Program-made: the position numbers and the translations under genes
The notes under the pieces: generated by a model
The model's input: the letters and a program-made list of their open reading frames with translations, nothing else
What the model was told of the DNA's origin: nothing
The model's database searches: none
Source of the DNA: Polyangiaceae bacterium
GTDB lineage: Bacteria; Myxococcota_A; Polyangia; Polyangiales; Polyangiaceae
DNA length: 64,000 bases
Reading direction: 5' to 3'
Assembly (NCBI GenBank): GCA_965222375.1
Contig: CBDCTZ010000012.1
Coordinates: forward strand, 256,001 to 320,000
In this document: one piece after another, positions 20,629-30,791 of the stretch
Layout: every line of letters begins with the position of its first letter
Position numbering within the stretch: position 1 is the first letter of the stretch

Positions 20629-20968
20629 ACGCGTCGATTCGGATGCCCGGCGCGTCATCCTGGCGCGCCGCGCCCGCTTCGTCGCTGCCGCGCTGGCGGG
20701 GCTAGCCGGCTGTCGGGCGGCTCCTCCCGCTAAACCGCCGGAGTCCGCAGTGACCGTGGCCGAGCCCGAGCCGGAAGCGGAGCCGAGGCCGGATCTGGAC
20801 GCCGGCGGGACGGATCTGCCCAAAAGGGCTCGAGCGCCCGACCGGGACAAGGACGGCGTGCCGGATGCCGACGACCAATGCGCGGATGAACCAGGCGTTT
20901 CCGACCCCGACAGCGAGCGGCTTGGCTGTCCAGACATGCACCCAATGATCTGCTTGTCAGAGTTTTGA
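20600..20968 (+). CDS. Small exported protein with thrombospondin type-3-like Ca-binding motif
   Basis: ILARRARFVAAALAGLAGC signal; DRDKDGVPDADDQC..GCP; start uncertain. Confidence 0.65.
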   Translation: MYRTLARSLERVDSDARRVILARRARFVAAALAGLAGCRAAPPAKPPESAVTVAEPEPEAEPRPDLDAGGTDLPKRARAPDRDKDGVPDADDQCADEPGVSDPDSERLGCPDMHPMICLSEF

Positions 20969-21045
20969 GCGCAGCGGAATTGGGACTCGGTCACGCTGGT
21001 CCCGATCATTTGTCCGGGCGAGGTCCGCCTAGGTACCCTTCGTCC

Positions 21046-21429
21046 GTGGACAGTACATTCGTCTTTTCGAGAGAACTCAGGACCCGGCCGGATTGCGAGG
21101 TATTTGCCCAGGTGCGGGCTCCCGGCAGTGCGGATGACTACGTGCTCGCCGTGCACGACGTGAGTCGGTCCGGGGCCCTGATTGAACTGTCGGACCTGGT
21201 GCCGCCCTGGCTGAGCACCGGCCAAGAAGTCGAGTTCACGGTCATCGCGGAGGGTGAGGGAAATAGCGCTGAGTTTCGCGGACCGATCACCCGCGTGGTC
21301 GAGGACGGCCAGCGTCGTGGCTTCGCGGTGCGCCTGGACCGACCCGGCTGGCGGGCGCGGAAGTACCTCAGGCGCCTGATCTCCGCTGGACGCCCGGTGC
21401 GCGAGACGAGCGTCGGACTCCCGGACTAA
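21046..21429 (+). CDS. PilZ domain protein
   Basis: RELRTR and DVSRSG (RxxxR-like and DxSxxG) motifs; GFAVRL. Confidence 0.75.
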   Translation: MDSTFVFSRELRTRPDCEVFAQVRAPGSADDYVLAVHDVSRSGALIELSDLVPPWLSTGQEVEFTVIAEGEGNSAEFRGPITRVVEDGQRRGFAVRLDRPGWRARKYLRRLISAGRPVRETSVGLPD

Positions 21430-21623
21430 AGCGCTCAGCCCGGTCGGCGGTGCCAGTGCTGGGAGCGCCGCCGTTTCGCGAGGAAGATCGGCTCCCTAGG
21501 CGGCGTAGGAGGAGCGCCGGTGGGCTACCAGGCGGCCCCTCGCGGAGGCGGGGCCTGGGACCGAAGCGCCCGCGGGCCTTAGCTGTCCGTTGCCGGGCAG
21601 CGCGGATCTGGAGCCTAAAAAAA

Positions 21624-24600
21624 ATGCCGTTCTCTCTTGGGTTTTTCGCGCGTCTGTTCACCGCCGCCTTGATCGCCGCTGGCGTGCTCGGCATAGCTTC
21701 TCCAGCCGAGGCGGCCACGACCATTCCCGGTGGCAACGTCATCAACCAAACTTGGACCCTGGCGGGTAGCCCCTACATCATCCAGGGCGACGTCACGGTT
21801 CCTGCGGGGGCGTTTCTGACCGTTCAGGCCGGGACGACCGTGCAGTTCGCGACCAGTGATGGCCAGGTCGCTGGTCGCAACACCTCCAAAGTCGAGTTGT
21901 CGGTGCACGGCACGCTCACGGTCAGCGGCACCCTCGCTAACCCGGTCAACTTCCAATCCCAGACGGGTTCGAGCTCTGGCTCCTGGTACGGAATCATCAT
22001 CGAGAACGACGCTACGGGGGCGAGCGTCGCCGGCGCGGTGATTCGACACGCCACCTACGGCGTATTGAGCGAGCGTGCGACCAATCTCTTCTCGGTTGTA
22101 GATACGACGGTGCAAACCAATCAGTACGGGATCTACGTCAAAGACGGCTCACCGACGATCACGCGGCTCTTGGCGACCGCCAACCAATACGGCGTGTACT
22201 CCACCGCACCCGGATCCCCAACCGTCAACGAGTCGCAATTCTACGGCAACACGTCGTACGGTCTGTACACCTACGCCAGTTCGGGCAAGTCGGGGACCAC
22301 GAACATCGACAAGAGCACCTTCGACAAGAACGGGAACTACGGTATCTACGCAAACCGCTCGAGCAGCGGCTCACTGACGGTGAACGTCAAGAACACCATC
22401 GTGACCAATCACACCAGCTACGGTGTGTATCGAGGGTCGAGCTACAAGGCCACCCTCTCTCTGACCAACTCGAACGTGTGGGGCAACGGCACCAACACCA
22501 ACGGAAGTTTCGGTACCGGCTCGTTTTCCGCCAACCCGCTGTACGTGTCGTCGTCGAACCTGCGCCTGACCTCGAATTCGCCGGCTCGCTTTGCTGGCGA
22601 CGCTGGCGGTGACATTGGCGCGCTGCCCTACACCGGGGATGCGACCGTTGGTCTGCTCGGTACGTTGTGGACCAACACGACCTTCAGCCCCTCCGGATCT
22701 CCCTACAGCGTTCTGGGCGACCTCACGGTTCCGAAAGGCGTGACCGTGACGATTGAACCGGGCGTGACCATGAACTTTCAGACAAGCGACCAGATGAAAG
22801 CGGGCGCCAATACCAGCAAGGTGGAGTTCAATGTCTCTGGCGCTCTCAATGCCGTGGGCAGTGCTGCCCAGCCCGTCATCTTCTCTTCTCCGGGAGGAAG
22901 CTCTGGAAGCTGGTACGGCTTGGTGCTCGAAACCGAGGCCAGCAACACGAAGCTCAGCCATCTGCAGAGCGAGCGAGCCACCTACGGCATTCGGTACGCA
23001 TCGACGGGTACTGGCAACTCGCTGGACCATCTGACCCTCAAAACCAACCAATACGGCATCTACATCATCGCGGGTTCGCCTGGCCTGGACATCATCCATG
23101 CCACCGCCAACCAGTACGGTGTGTACGCGACGGCGCCCGGCGCGTTCTCCCTGACCAACGGGCTGTTTCACGGCAATACGTCCTACGGCTTGTACACCTA
23201 CGCTTCGTCCGGCAAGTCGGCGACGGTGAGCATCAACAGCAGTACCTTCGACAAGAACGGGAACTACGGCATCTATGCGAACCGTTCGAGCAGTGGGTCC
23301 CTCACGGTCAATGTGAAGAACAGCATCGTGACCAACCACACGAGCTACGGCGTCTACCGAGGCTCCAGCTACAAGGCGACGATGTCGCTGACCTATTCCA
23401 ACGTCTGGGGTAACGGAACCAACACAAACGCCACATTGGGCACAGGCTCCTTTTCACAAAATCCCAACTACGTCAGCAGCGCCGACTACCATCTGCAGGG
23501 CTCTAGCGTTTGCATCGATGCCGGTGATTCTGTCGGCGCGCCGGATCACGACTACGAAGGCGTGACGCGTCCCTTGGATGGTGATGGGATCAACGGTACC
23601 GCGTACGACATGGGAGCGTACGAATTCGCTCTTACCAACACGTGCGGCGATGGCATTCAGGGCTCGGGAGAGGCCTGCGACGACGGCCCGAACAACGGCA
23701 GCTACGGCTACTGCAACGCAAACTGCACTGGCTTGGGGCCCCGCTGCGGCGACTCGGTCAAGAATGGCCCCGAGGAATGCGACGACGGCAACAGCAGCAA
23801 CACCGACGGCTGCACCAACACTTGCAAGCTGCCCGGGTGCGGCGATGGCTTCCCGCAAGCCGGGGAAGAGTGCGACGACGGCAACAGCAGCAACACCGAT
23901 TCGTGTCTCAATACCTGCAAGAACGCCAAGTGTGGCGACTCCTTCGTCGAGACGGGCAAGGAAGAATGCGACGATGGCAACAGCAGCAATACCGATGCCT
24001 GCCTGACGATCTGCAAAAAGGCCAAATGCGGGGACGGTTACACCCAAACCGGCGTCGAAGCCTGTGACGACGGGAATACCAACAACAACGATAGTTGCTC
24101 GAATACCTGCAGTCTGCCCGGCTGCGGTGACGGTGTGAAGCAGACCGGTGAAGAGTGCGATGACGGCAACAGCGACAACACGGACGCCTGCCTGAGTACC
24201 TGCTTGAACGCCACTTGCGGCGACGGCTTCACTCGCACCGGTTCCGAGGAGTGCGATGACGGCAACAGTAGCAATACCGATGCCTGTCTGACTACCTGCA
24301 AGTCTGCGAAGTGTGGCGACGGCGCGGTGCATGCCGGCAAAGAGGAATGCGACGACGCGAACAGCAGCAACGAGGATGCGTGTCTAAGCACATGCAACAA
24401 GGCAAGTTGCGGCGACGGTTTCACTCAGACGGGCGTGGAAGCCTGCGACGACGGCAATCAGAACAACTCGGACGGATGTTCGAATACCTGTGCGTTGCCC
24501 GGGTGTGGCGATGGTGTCAAACAGAGCAACGAGGCCTGCGACGACGGTAACCAGAGCGACGAGGACTCTTGTTTGAACACCTGCCTCAGCGCTTCCTGCG

Positions 24601-24935
24601 GAGATGGGCACGTCTGGGCGGGCACGGAGCAATGCGACGATGGCAATCTGCAGCCCGGTGATGGTTGCTCCCCGCTGTGCGAGTCCGAGGGAGGAACCGG
24701 TGGCGCGGGCGGTGCAGCCGGCGCATCGGGCGCTGCTGGAACTGGCGCCTTCGGTGGCTTTGGCAACTTTGGCGGCCAGGCCGGCAATCCCGGTGGTGGG
24801 GGCTCATCCGGAAGCGGATCCGGATGCGCGTGTCAGGCGCCGAGGGGCACGCCCACAGGGCCTGCCGCCGCTTGGGCTCTCGCTCTGCTTGGACTCGTGC
24901 TAGTTCGACGTCGGTGGCGCAACCAAGCGGCATAG
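21624..24935 (+). CDS. MYXO-CTERM surface protein: two right-handed beta-helix modules plus 11 Myxococcus Cys-rich (DUF4215) repeats
   Basis: Signal peptide; duplicated GSPY..GDxTVPxG beta-helix; HLQGSSVCIDAG..DMGAYE; CGDG..EECDDGN..DxC repeats; C-terminal GCAC..ALALLGLVLVRRR. Confidence 0.92.
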   Translation: MPFSLGFFARLFTAALIAAGVLGIASPAEAATTIPGGNVINQTWTLAGSPYIIQGDVTVPAGAFLTVQAGTTVQFATSDGQVAGRNTSKVELSVHGTLTVSGTLANPVNFQSQTGSSSGSWYGIIIENDATGASVAGAVIRHATYGVLSERATNLFSVVDTTVQTNQYGIYVKDGSPTITRLLATANQYGVYSTAPGSPTVNESQFYGNTSYGLYTYASSGKSGTTNIDKSTFDKNGNYGIYANRSSSGSLTVNVKNTIVTNHTSYGVYRGSSYKATLSLTNSNVWGNGTNTNGSFGTGSFSANPLYVSSSNLRLTSNSPARFAGDAGGDIGALPYTGDATVGLLGTLWTNTTFSPSGSPYSVLGDLTVPKGVTVTIEPGVTMNFQTSDQMKAGANTSKVEFNVSGALNAVGSAAQPVIFSSPGGSSGSWYGLVLETEASNTKLSHLQSERATYGIRYASTGTGNSLDHLTLKTNQYGIYIIAGSPGLDIIHATANQYGVYATAPGAFSLTNGLFHGNTSYGLYTYASSGKSATVSINSSTFDKNGNYGIYANRSSSGSLTVNVKNSIVTNHTSYGVYRGSSYKATMSLTYSNVWGNGTNTNATLGTGSFSQNPNYVSSADYHLQGSSVCIDAGDSVGAPDHDYEGVTRPLDGDGINGTAYDMGAYEFALTNTCGDGIQGSGEACDDGPNNGSYGYCNANCTGLGPRCGDSVKNGPEECDDGNSSNTDGCTNTCKLPGCGDGFPQAGEECDDGNSSNTDSCLNTCKNAKCGDSFVETGKEECDDGNSSNTDACLTICKKAKCGDGYTQTGVEACDDGNTNNNDSCSNTCSLPGCGDGVKQTGEECDDGNSDNTDACLSTCLNATCGDGFTRTGSEECDDGNSSNTDACLTTCKSAKCGDGAVHAGKEECDDANSSNEDACLSTCNKASCGDGFTQTGVEACDDGNQNNSDGCSNTCALPGCGDGVKQSNEACDDGNQSDEDSCLNTCLSASCGDGHVWAGTEQCDDGNLQPGDGCSPLCESEGGTGGAGGAAGASGAAGTGAFGGFGNFGGQAGNPGGGGSSGSGSGCACQAPRGTPTGPAAAWALALLGLVLVRRRWRNQAA
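23640..24685 (+). repeat. 11 Myxococcus Cys-rich repeats (about 93-96 bp unit)
   Basis: Counted in the translation. Confidence 0.9.
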
Positions 24936-25810
24936 TGCGGGGACTTTCGCTGGTCGCGTCGGCGGCGGCTTTGGCCGTCGCTTGCGCGGAGGCGGAGCCG
25001 ATCCGAGACGGCCCTTTGGATGGAGGAGACGAGGCAGGTGTGGATGGCAGCGCCGATGTCGCTGCCGAGGCGAGCGGCGGAGCGCCCGGCGACGCCTCGA
25101 CCGACGCTCCGCCTGGGGATGCCGCTGCGGGTTGCCAGTGTGAAGATCCGGGCTGCGGTACGTGCCCGACGGTGATGGAGGTGGCTGCAGGGGGCTATCG
25201 TATTGACGCCACAGAGGTCTCCAACGCTGCCTACGGTGAGTTCTTGGGCACCAATCCGTCCCCTAGCGCGCAGCCGCCAGAGTGCGCAGGCAACTCGAGC
25301 TTTGTGCCCAACAGCGGGTGGCCGGCTCCGAGCTCCCAGCAGCTCCACCCAGTGGTGGACCTGGATTGGTGTGATGCGCGCGCCTATTGCTTCTGGGCGC
25401 AGAAGCGACTCTGCGGTCGGGTTGGCGGTGGCGCGAATCCGTACACGGATTTCGCGGACTCCACGAAGAGCCAGTGGCACAACGCATGTAGCGGCGGTGG
25501 GTCCAGGACTTTCCCCTACGGCGCAACCTACACGGCGGCGACCTGCAATGGTGCGGACTATGGCTCGGGAACTACAGTCCCAGTTGGCAGCGCGAAAAGC
25601 TGCGAGGGTGGCTTCCCGGGGCTGTTCGATATGAGTGGCAACGTTTGGGAATGGGAGGATTCCTGCGACGCTCAGACGGGTGCCGGCGATCTGTGCCGTA
25701 TCCGAGGTGGCTCCTACGCCCAAAACGCTGCCAGCTTGGATTGCGCGGCGGACAGCGCTTTGCCCCGAGGGTCGGCGGGCAAGGCCGTCGGTTTCCGTTG
25801 TTGCGGCTAG
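24935..25810 (+). CDS. FGE-sulfatase (SUMF1/C-type lectin fold) domain lipoprotein
   Basis: Lipobox LAVAC; IDATEVSNAAY, HPVVDLDWCDARAYC, LFDMSGNVWEW, RGGSY, VGFRCC; start overlaps the upstream TAG. Confidence 0.9.
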   Translation: MRGLSLVASAAALAVACAEAEPIRDGPLDGGDEAGVDGSADVAAEASGGAPGDASTDAPPGDAAAGCQCEDPGCGTCPTVMEVAAGGYRIDATEVSNAAYGEFLGTNPSPSAQPPECAGNSSFVPNSGWPAPSSQQLHPVVDLDWCDARAYCFWAQKRLCGRVGGGANPYTDFADSTKSQWHNACSGGGSRTFPYGATYTAATCNGADYGSGTTVPVGSAKSCEGGFPGLFDMSGNVWEWEDSCDAQTGAGDLCRIRGGSYAQNAASLDCAADSALPRGSAGKAVGFRCCG

Positions 25811-25891
25811 CATTTGGGCGGATCCGCCCACGACCCGCGCGCTCGTAGAGCCCCCCGCGGCGCCGCGCCGCGTGATAGGCTTTCGTCCAGT

Positions 25892-28120
25892 ATGCTCAAA
25901 CGAGGACTAGCTTGTGTCTGGCTGGCGGCGCTGGGTGCGCTGCTGCTCACAGCGTCGTGCTCGGGGGACAAAGCGCCCCGGCGCGGGGAGATCATCGTCG
26001 CCTTTCAGACCGATTTATCGATTCCAAAGGACATCACCGTCCTGGTCGTTACCATCTATGTCGGTGGGACGAAGCGCTACCAAGCCGAGTTTCCCCTCAG
26101 CCCGGGCGGCAAGTTCGATCTGCCGGCGACTCTGGCCATCGTCGAGGGCGAGCAGAAGGCGCAACCGGTCACCATTCGTGTGACGGGCCTGGACGGCAGC
26201 CGCACACCCAAGGTGATCCGCCAGGCCGTATCAACGATACCCAGCGAACGCATCGCGCTGATGCACATGCCATTGCAGTTCTTGTGCCTGGATAACGAGG
26301 TCAAAGAAGACATCGATGTCGACGGTACGCCGTCCTATGTCGACAAGTGCACCAAGCAGGAACAGACCTGCATGTCCGGGGAGTGCATTCCGGACGAGAT
26401 CGACGTCAACACCTTGCCTGAATATGCCGGCGACCTGGTGTTCGGCGGGGCGCCACTGGGCTCCCCGGCGGGTCAGTGCTTGGACGTGTTGGGCTGCTTC
26501 GCGAAAGGCGTGACCGTATCGCCAGACACGGGCGATTGCAGTGTGGCGCTGCCCCAGGGCAGCGAAGAAAACGTCAATGTCGGTCTGGTCTTGCCCTTGG
26601 TCGCTGGTGGCCCGGGCATTTGCGGTTCCCAAGCCTGCATTGTGGCGTTGGAGCGGGACGACCTCACGGGTTGGAAGTTCGAAAACGGTCGAGCGTCCCT
26701 GCCCAAAGCCGTGTGTAGTCGTCTAGGCGCCGATATCGATGCCCTGGCAGTGACTTCTGGTTGCGTGACCAAGACTCCGGCCATTCCGACTTGCGGCCCT
26801 TGGTCGGGAATCGCGGGCGACTTCAGTGAGGATGCGGGTGCGCCCGCTGAGGGCGGCGCTGGCGAAGGCGGCGTGGGCGATGCGGGTGAGGGCGGCATCG
26901 ACGACCCCTGCGCAGCCGCGGAAGACGGCATTTACTGCAACTGGGAATCTGTGATCGGTGAGGGTGGGGAAATCTTGCGAGAGTGCAAGGGCGGCTTGAC
27001 TGTTTCAACGACGGACTGCAACGCAAGCGGGCAGATCTGCATCGACGGCGGTCCCGTGGAGTTTGCGTTCTGCGGCACCTTGGCCGACGGCGGAACGGAC
27101 GCGGGCGACGCCGCGCCGCCAGGACCTTGCTCTGCGAAACCCAAGGGATTCTTTTGCGACTCGGCGTCCCTCGTCGAGTGCGACGGTTTTGGCAGCACGG
27201 TCATCAGCAGCCTGTGCGGCACCGGTTGCACGTCCAGTGGACCGCACTCCTTCTGCAACGGTGTCACCGCTCCGCTCGAGCTGGGGCGGGCCTGCACCAA
27301 GGACGCCGACTGCGCCCCGTTGATCTGCCTAGACGACGCCGGGCTGCCGAGCGGCTCAGGCGTGGCCTATGGGGTGTGTACGACGCCGTGTACCCCAGGC
27401 CAGAATTCCTGCGATTCCGTCAAGAAGGGAGCGGGCTGTCACACCTTCGAAGCGGGCGCTTCCTACTGCTTGGAAGCGTGCAGCCCGAGTGATCCAACCA
27501 AATGCAACATGCGCCAGTATGAAATCGCCTGCGCGTCGCTGACGGACGTTGGCGACAACTCCCAGAAGAATCTCTGTTTGCCAGCTTGCTCCGGGGACTT
27601 GGACTGCAACCCCTTCGTCGAGGTGGGCCCTCCGGGCAATTGCTCGCTTCAGTCCGGGCTCTGCCAAAGCACGCCGACGCCCGTGCCAAACATCGGTGTT
27701 GACTGCAGTGGCGCCACCAGTTGCGCCGACAGCGTCTGCAGCACATTCACGTGGAGCGGTGGTACCAAGTCGGCCCAGTCGTGCTCCGCGGGCTGTTCCC
27801 TCGGCAACTTCTGCGAATACGATCCGGCTTCCCAGATCCCGCCCATGATGGCCGGGGCCTGCATTTGGCCAGCCAATCCCGCTGCCATTGACTACGGAAA
27901 CCTGGGCCAGTGCATGCAACTCTGCGGCTGCCAGCTGTCTTCGTGCTCGACGCCCGGCTTCCAATGCAATCAGCTGGTTGGCGGTGCGGTCAAGACCTGG
28001 ATCCAAAACGCCTTGCCCGGCTTTGCCGAAGCCTTGCAGCAGAATCACCAGGCAGAGGGCTACTGTGGCCCCCCAGTCGACCCCGCCGGCAACCCCCTCA
28101 CGCCCTTCGGCGGTTGTTAG
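25892..28120 (+). CDS. Large Cys-rich lipoprotein, function unknown
   Basis: Lipobox LTASC; N-terminal beta domain (AFQTDLSIPKD..LPATLAIV); many Cys modules. Confidence 0.85.
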   Translation: MLKRGLACVWLAALGALLLTASCSGDKAPRRGEIIVAFQTDLSIPKDITVLVVTIYVGGTKRYQAEFPLSPGGKFDLPATLAIVEGEQKAQPVTIRVTGLDGSRTPKVIRQAVSTIPSERIALMHMPLQFLCLDNEVKEDIDVDGTPSYVDKCTKQEQTCMSGECIPDEIDVNTLPEYAGDLVFGGAPLGSPAGQCLDVLGCFAKGVTVSPDTGDCSVALPQGSEENVNVGLVLPLVAGGPGICGSQACIVALERDDLTGWKFENGRASLPKAVCSRLGADIDALAVTSGCVTKTPAIPTCGPWSGIAGDFSEDAGAPAEGGAGEGGVGDAGEGGIDDPCAAAEDGIYCNWESVIGEGGEILRECKGGLTVSTTDCNASGQICIDGGPVEFAFCGTLADGGTDAGDAAPPGPCSAKPKGFFCDSASLVECDGFGSTVISSLCGTGCTSSGPHSFCNGVTAPLELGRACTKDADCAPLICLDDAGLPSGSGVAYGVCTTPCTPGQNSCDSVKKGAGCHTFEAGASYCLEACSPSDPTKCNMRQYEIACASLTDVGDNSQKNLCLPACSGDLDCNPFVEVGPPGNCSLQSGLCQSTPTPVPNIGVDCSGATSCADSVCSTFTWSGGTKSAQSCSAGCSLGNFCEYDPASQIPPMMAGACIWPANPAAIDYGNLGQCMQLCGCQLSSCSTPGFQCNQLVGGAVKTWIQNALPGFAEALQQNHQAEGYCGPPVDPAGNPLTPFGGC

Positions 28121-28122
28121 CC

Positions 28123-29610
28123 ATGAGCGAAGAAGAAGAAGAAGACAGCAATCGCGACTCCCTCGCTCCCGTCGAAGCAGGGGATATCTTGCTCGACAAG
28201 TATCGCGTCGACCGCGTGCTCGGTGCGGGTGGCATGGGCGTCGTGGTTGCTGCGACTCACATCGAGTTGGAGGAACGAGTTGCGATCAAGTTCCTACGCC
28301 CCGAGGTGCTCGAAAATGAGGAAGCGCTGCAGCGCTTCCTCCGCGAAGCCCGCGCCGCAGTCAAGATCAAGAGTGAGCATGTTGCTCGAGTGATCGATGT
28401 CGGGCGCTTGGATACGGGCGCTCCCTACATGGTGCTGGAGTACCTCGAGGGTGGCGATCTGTCAGACGCTATCAAGGAGGGGCTACCGAGCATCGAGGAC
28501 GCCGTCGACTACGTGATTCAGGCGTGTGACGCCATGGCGGAGGCGCACGCCGCGGGTATCGTGCATCGTGATCTGAAGCCTGCGAACTTGTTTCGCTCGC
28601 AGCGCCCCGACGGGACCCAGGTGATCAAGGTTCTGGATTTCGGGATCTCCAAGGTCGCGATGCCGGACGTCGCGGATGCTGGACTCACCCGCACGTCGAC
28701 GGCCATGGGCTCGCCGCTGTACATGTCACCAGAGCAGATGCGCTCTAGCAAGGACGTGGACCTTCGCTCGGACATCTGGTCCCTGGGAATCATCTTGTTT
28801 GAGCTCATTGCCGGCAAGACGCCCTTCACGGGCGGGACCTTCCCGGAGCTGTGCGCTTCGGTCCTTGGCTCGCCGCCGAAACCGTTGCGCGAGTTTCGCG
28901 AGGACGCGCCCGAAGGGCTGGAAAGCGTCGTGGCCAAGTGCCTGGAAAAGGAACCCTGGGATCGATACAAGAGTGTCGCGGAGCTGGCCAAAGCCCTGCT
29001 GCCCTTCGCGCCGGATCGGTCCCGACCCGTCGTCGAACGCATCGGGAAGATCCTGGAGCGGGCGGGCATGCCGTCGTTCCACGACATGGACGTGACGGTC
29101 GCACCCGGAAGCGTGCCAGGAGCGACTGAGGCGAAGGGCGCCGCCGCTACCAACGCCGTTGCCCGAACCGCCAGCGCATGGGGCGGCACTCAGGGTGGAG
29201 AGTCAGCGGACAAACCCTCGCGTGCCAAGCTGTACCTCGCGATCGGTGGCGCTGCAGCGATCGCGGCTGGCTTGGCCTATGCCCTCGTGCCCAAGGCGAC
29301 GGTCATGCCAGACTCGTCCGCGGCGGCCGCACGCCCGAGCGCAGCGCCGACCCCGAGCGCCGTGGCCACGGACGTTCCAGAGGTGGTTCCTGCGCCGAAC
29401 CCGGCGCCCCCGGCGAGTTCCCAGGCAGCTCCCGAGCCTCCGCCGCAGCCCGCCGCGAAACCGACGCCGCGGGCCAAACCAGCGACCAAGCCGGTGTCGA
29501 AGCCCACGGCCAAGAAACCAGATCCGCCGCCGGACAAGACGGCGACGAAGAAACCTGATCCTCCTCCTACTCCCAAACCCAAGAACCCTCTCGACATGGG
29601 GCTGAAATGA
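28123..29610 (+). CDS. Membrane Ser/Thr (Hanks-type) protein kinase
   Basis: LGAGGMGVV, VAIK, HRDLKPAN, DFG, GSPLYMSPE, DIWSLG; TM helix and Pro/Lys-rich tail. Confidence 0.95.
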   Translation: MSEEEEEDSNRDSLAPVEAGDILLDKYRVDRVLGAGGMGVVVAATHIELEERVAIKFLRPEVLENEEALQRFLREARAAVKIKSEHVARVIDVGRLDTGAPYMVLEYLEGGDLSDAIKEGLPSIEDAVDYVIQACDAMAEAHAAGIVHRDLKPANLFRSQRPDGTQVIKVLDFGISKVAMPDVADAGLTRTSTAMGSPLYMSPEQMRSSKDVDLRSDIWSLGIILFELIAGKTPFTGGTFPELCASVLGSPPKPLREFREDAPEGLESVVAKCLEKEPWDRYKSVAELAKALLPFAPDRSRPVVERIGKILERAGMPSFHDMDVTVAPGSVPGATEAKGAAATNAVARTASAWGGTQGGESADKPSRAKLYLAIGGAAAIAAGLAYALVPKATVMPDSSAAAARPSAAPTPSAVATDVPEVVPAPNPAPPASSQAAPEPPPQPAAKPTPRAKPATKPVSKPTAKKPDPPPDKTATKKPDPPPTPKPKNPLDMGLK

Positions 29611-30740
29611 ATCTGTCCGTCCTGAGACGATCGATCCGATCTGGTCTGGCCTTGGCGTTGTGCGTGCAGCTGGCCGCGCCCGCGCTGTGGGCGCAAGGTG
29701 CTGCGCCCGACACCAAGAAGGGTGACGACACCGCGGCACCCAAAAAGGGTGACAAGGCCAAGCCGAAGAAAGGCGACAAGGCGGAGGCCAAGGGCGACGA
29801 GGGTGAGAAGCCCGAGGGCGCCGAGGGCGAGCCCGAGGCACCCCCGGGCCCCAAGCCACTGTCCGAAACCCTGACGGGCATGGCTCGCGCCGAGTATGAA
29901 GCTGGCCGAATTCTGTACAACGACGGTGACTATCAAGGCGCACGGTTGAAGTTCGAAAAGGCGTTTAGCGTCAGCCAGGATGCGCGTTTGTGGTGGAACA
30001 TCGCCGCGGCTGAGAAGAACCTCCGAAACTACGCCAAGGTCATCGTGGCCCTGGACAAGTACCTAAAGAACGGCGGTGAATTGCTCACGCCACAGGATCG
30101 TGAGGATGCCAAGCGGTTGATCGAGACCGTTTCGGCTTTCGTCGCGACCGTGGAACTCAGCGTTCAGCCCGCGGGTGCGACCGTGCTCATCGATGGCGTG
30201 CACCTTGGCACGGCGCCCATTGCCGAGCCCCTCCGCTTGGACCAAGGCGATCGAGAGTTCGTGGTACGCAAGGCCGGTTTTATCGAGCACAAGGAGAAGC
30301 GGCGCTTGAGCGGCGGTGACAACGTCAAGCTTCAGGTCAGCCTCAAGCCCGAGCCCACGGACGGCAAGGTACGCATCATGGCTGGGGTGGGGGATTCGAT
30401 CTCCATCGACGGTCGGGTGGTCGGGCGCGGGACCTGGGAAGGTGAGCTGCCAGCCGGCGTTCACACACTGACCGTTACCGCCCCCAAGAAGCGCTCGTAT
30501 CAGAGTGAGATTGTAGTTCAGGTGGGGCAGACCAGCACCGCGCGGATTGCTCTCGAGGACGAGGGCGAAAAGGGGAGTGGCTTCTGGGGAACTCCCTGGC
30601 CCTGGGTTGTCGGTGGTGCGGTTCTGGCCGCAGGAGCCGGAGTTGGCGCCTATTTCGCTTTTCGTCCCGAGGACGAAGGGCCGCCGCCCATCGTGGACGG
30701 CACGCTGGGCAACACCCAAGCACCACTGTTTCGTTTCTGA
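29607..30740 (+). CDS. TPR + PEGA domain protein with C-terminal TM segment
   Basis: Signal peptide, TPR helices, PAGATVLIDG..GTAP PEGA motif, PWPWVVGG TM; ATGA-coupled to the kinase. Confidence 0.88.
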   Translation: MNLSVLRRSIRSGLALALCVQLAAPALWAQGAAPDTKKGDDTAAPKKGDKAKPKKGDKAEAKGDEGEKPEGAEGEPEAPPGPKPLSETLTGMARAEYEAGRILYNDGDYQGARLKFEKAFSVSQDARLWWNIAAAEKNLRNYAKVIVALDKYLKNGGELLTPQDREDAKRLIETVSAFVATVELSVQPAGATVLIDGVHLGTAPIAEPLRLDQGDREFVVRKAGFIEHKEKRRLSGGDNVKLQVSLKPEPTDGKVRIMAGVGDSISIDGRVVGRGTWEGELPAGVHTLTVTAPKKRSYQSEIVVQVGQTSTARIALEDEGEKGSGFWGTPWPWVVGGAVLAAGAGVGAYFAFRPEDEGPPPIVDGTLGNTQAPLFRF

Positions 30741-30791
30741 GCTTTCCTCGCTCGGCCTGCACCGCTATCCCCCATGGCGGAGGATCGGAGC

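Noticed and set aside
11297..25810. FGE-domain protein as maturase for the sulfatase
   Set aside because: It is an exported lipoprotein lacking the catalytic Cys pair and is not linked to the sulfatase.
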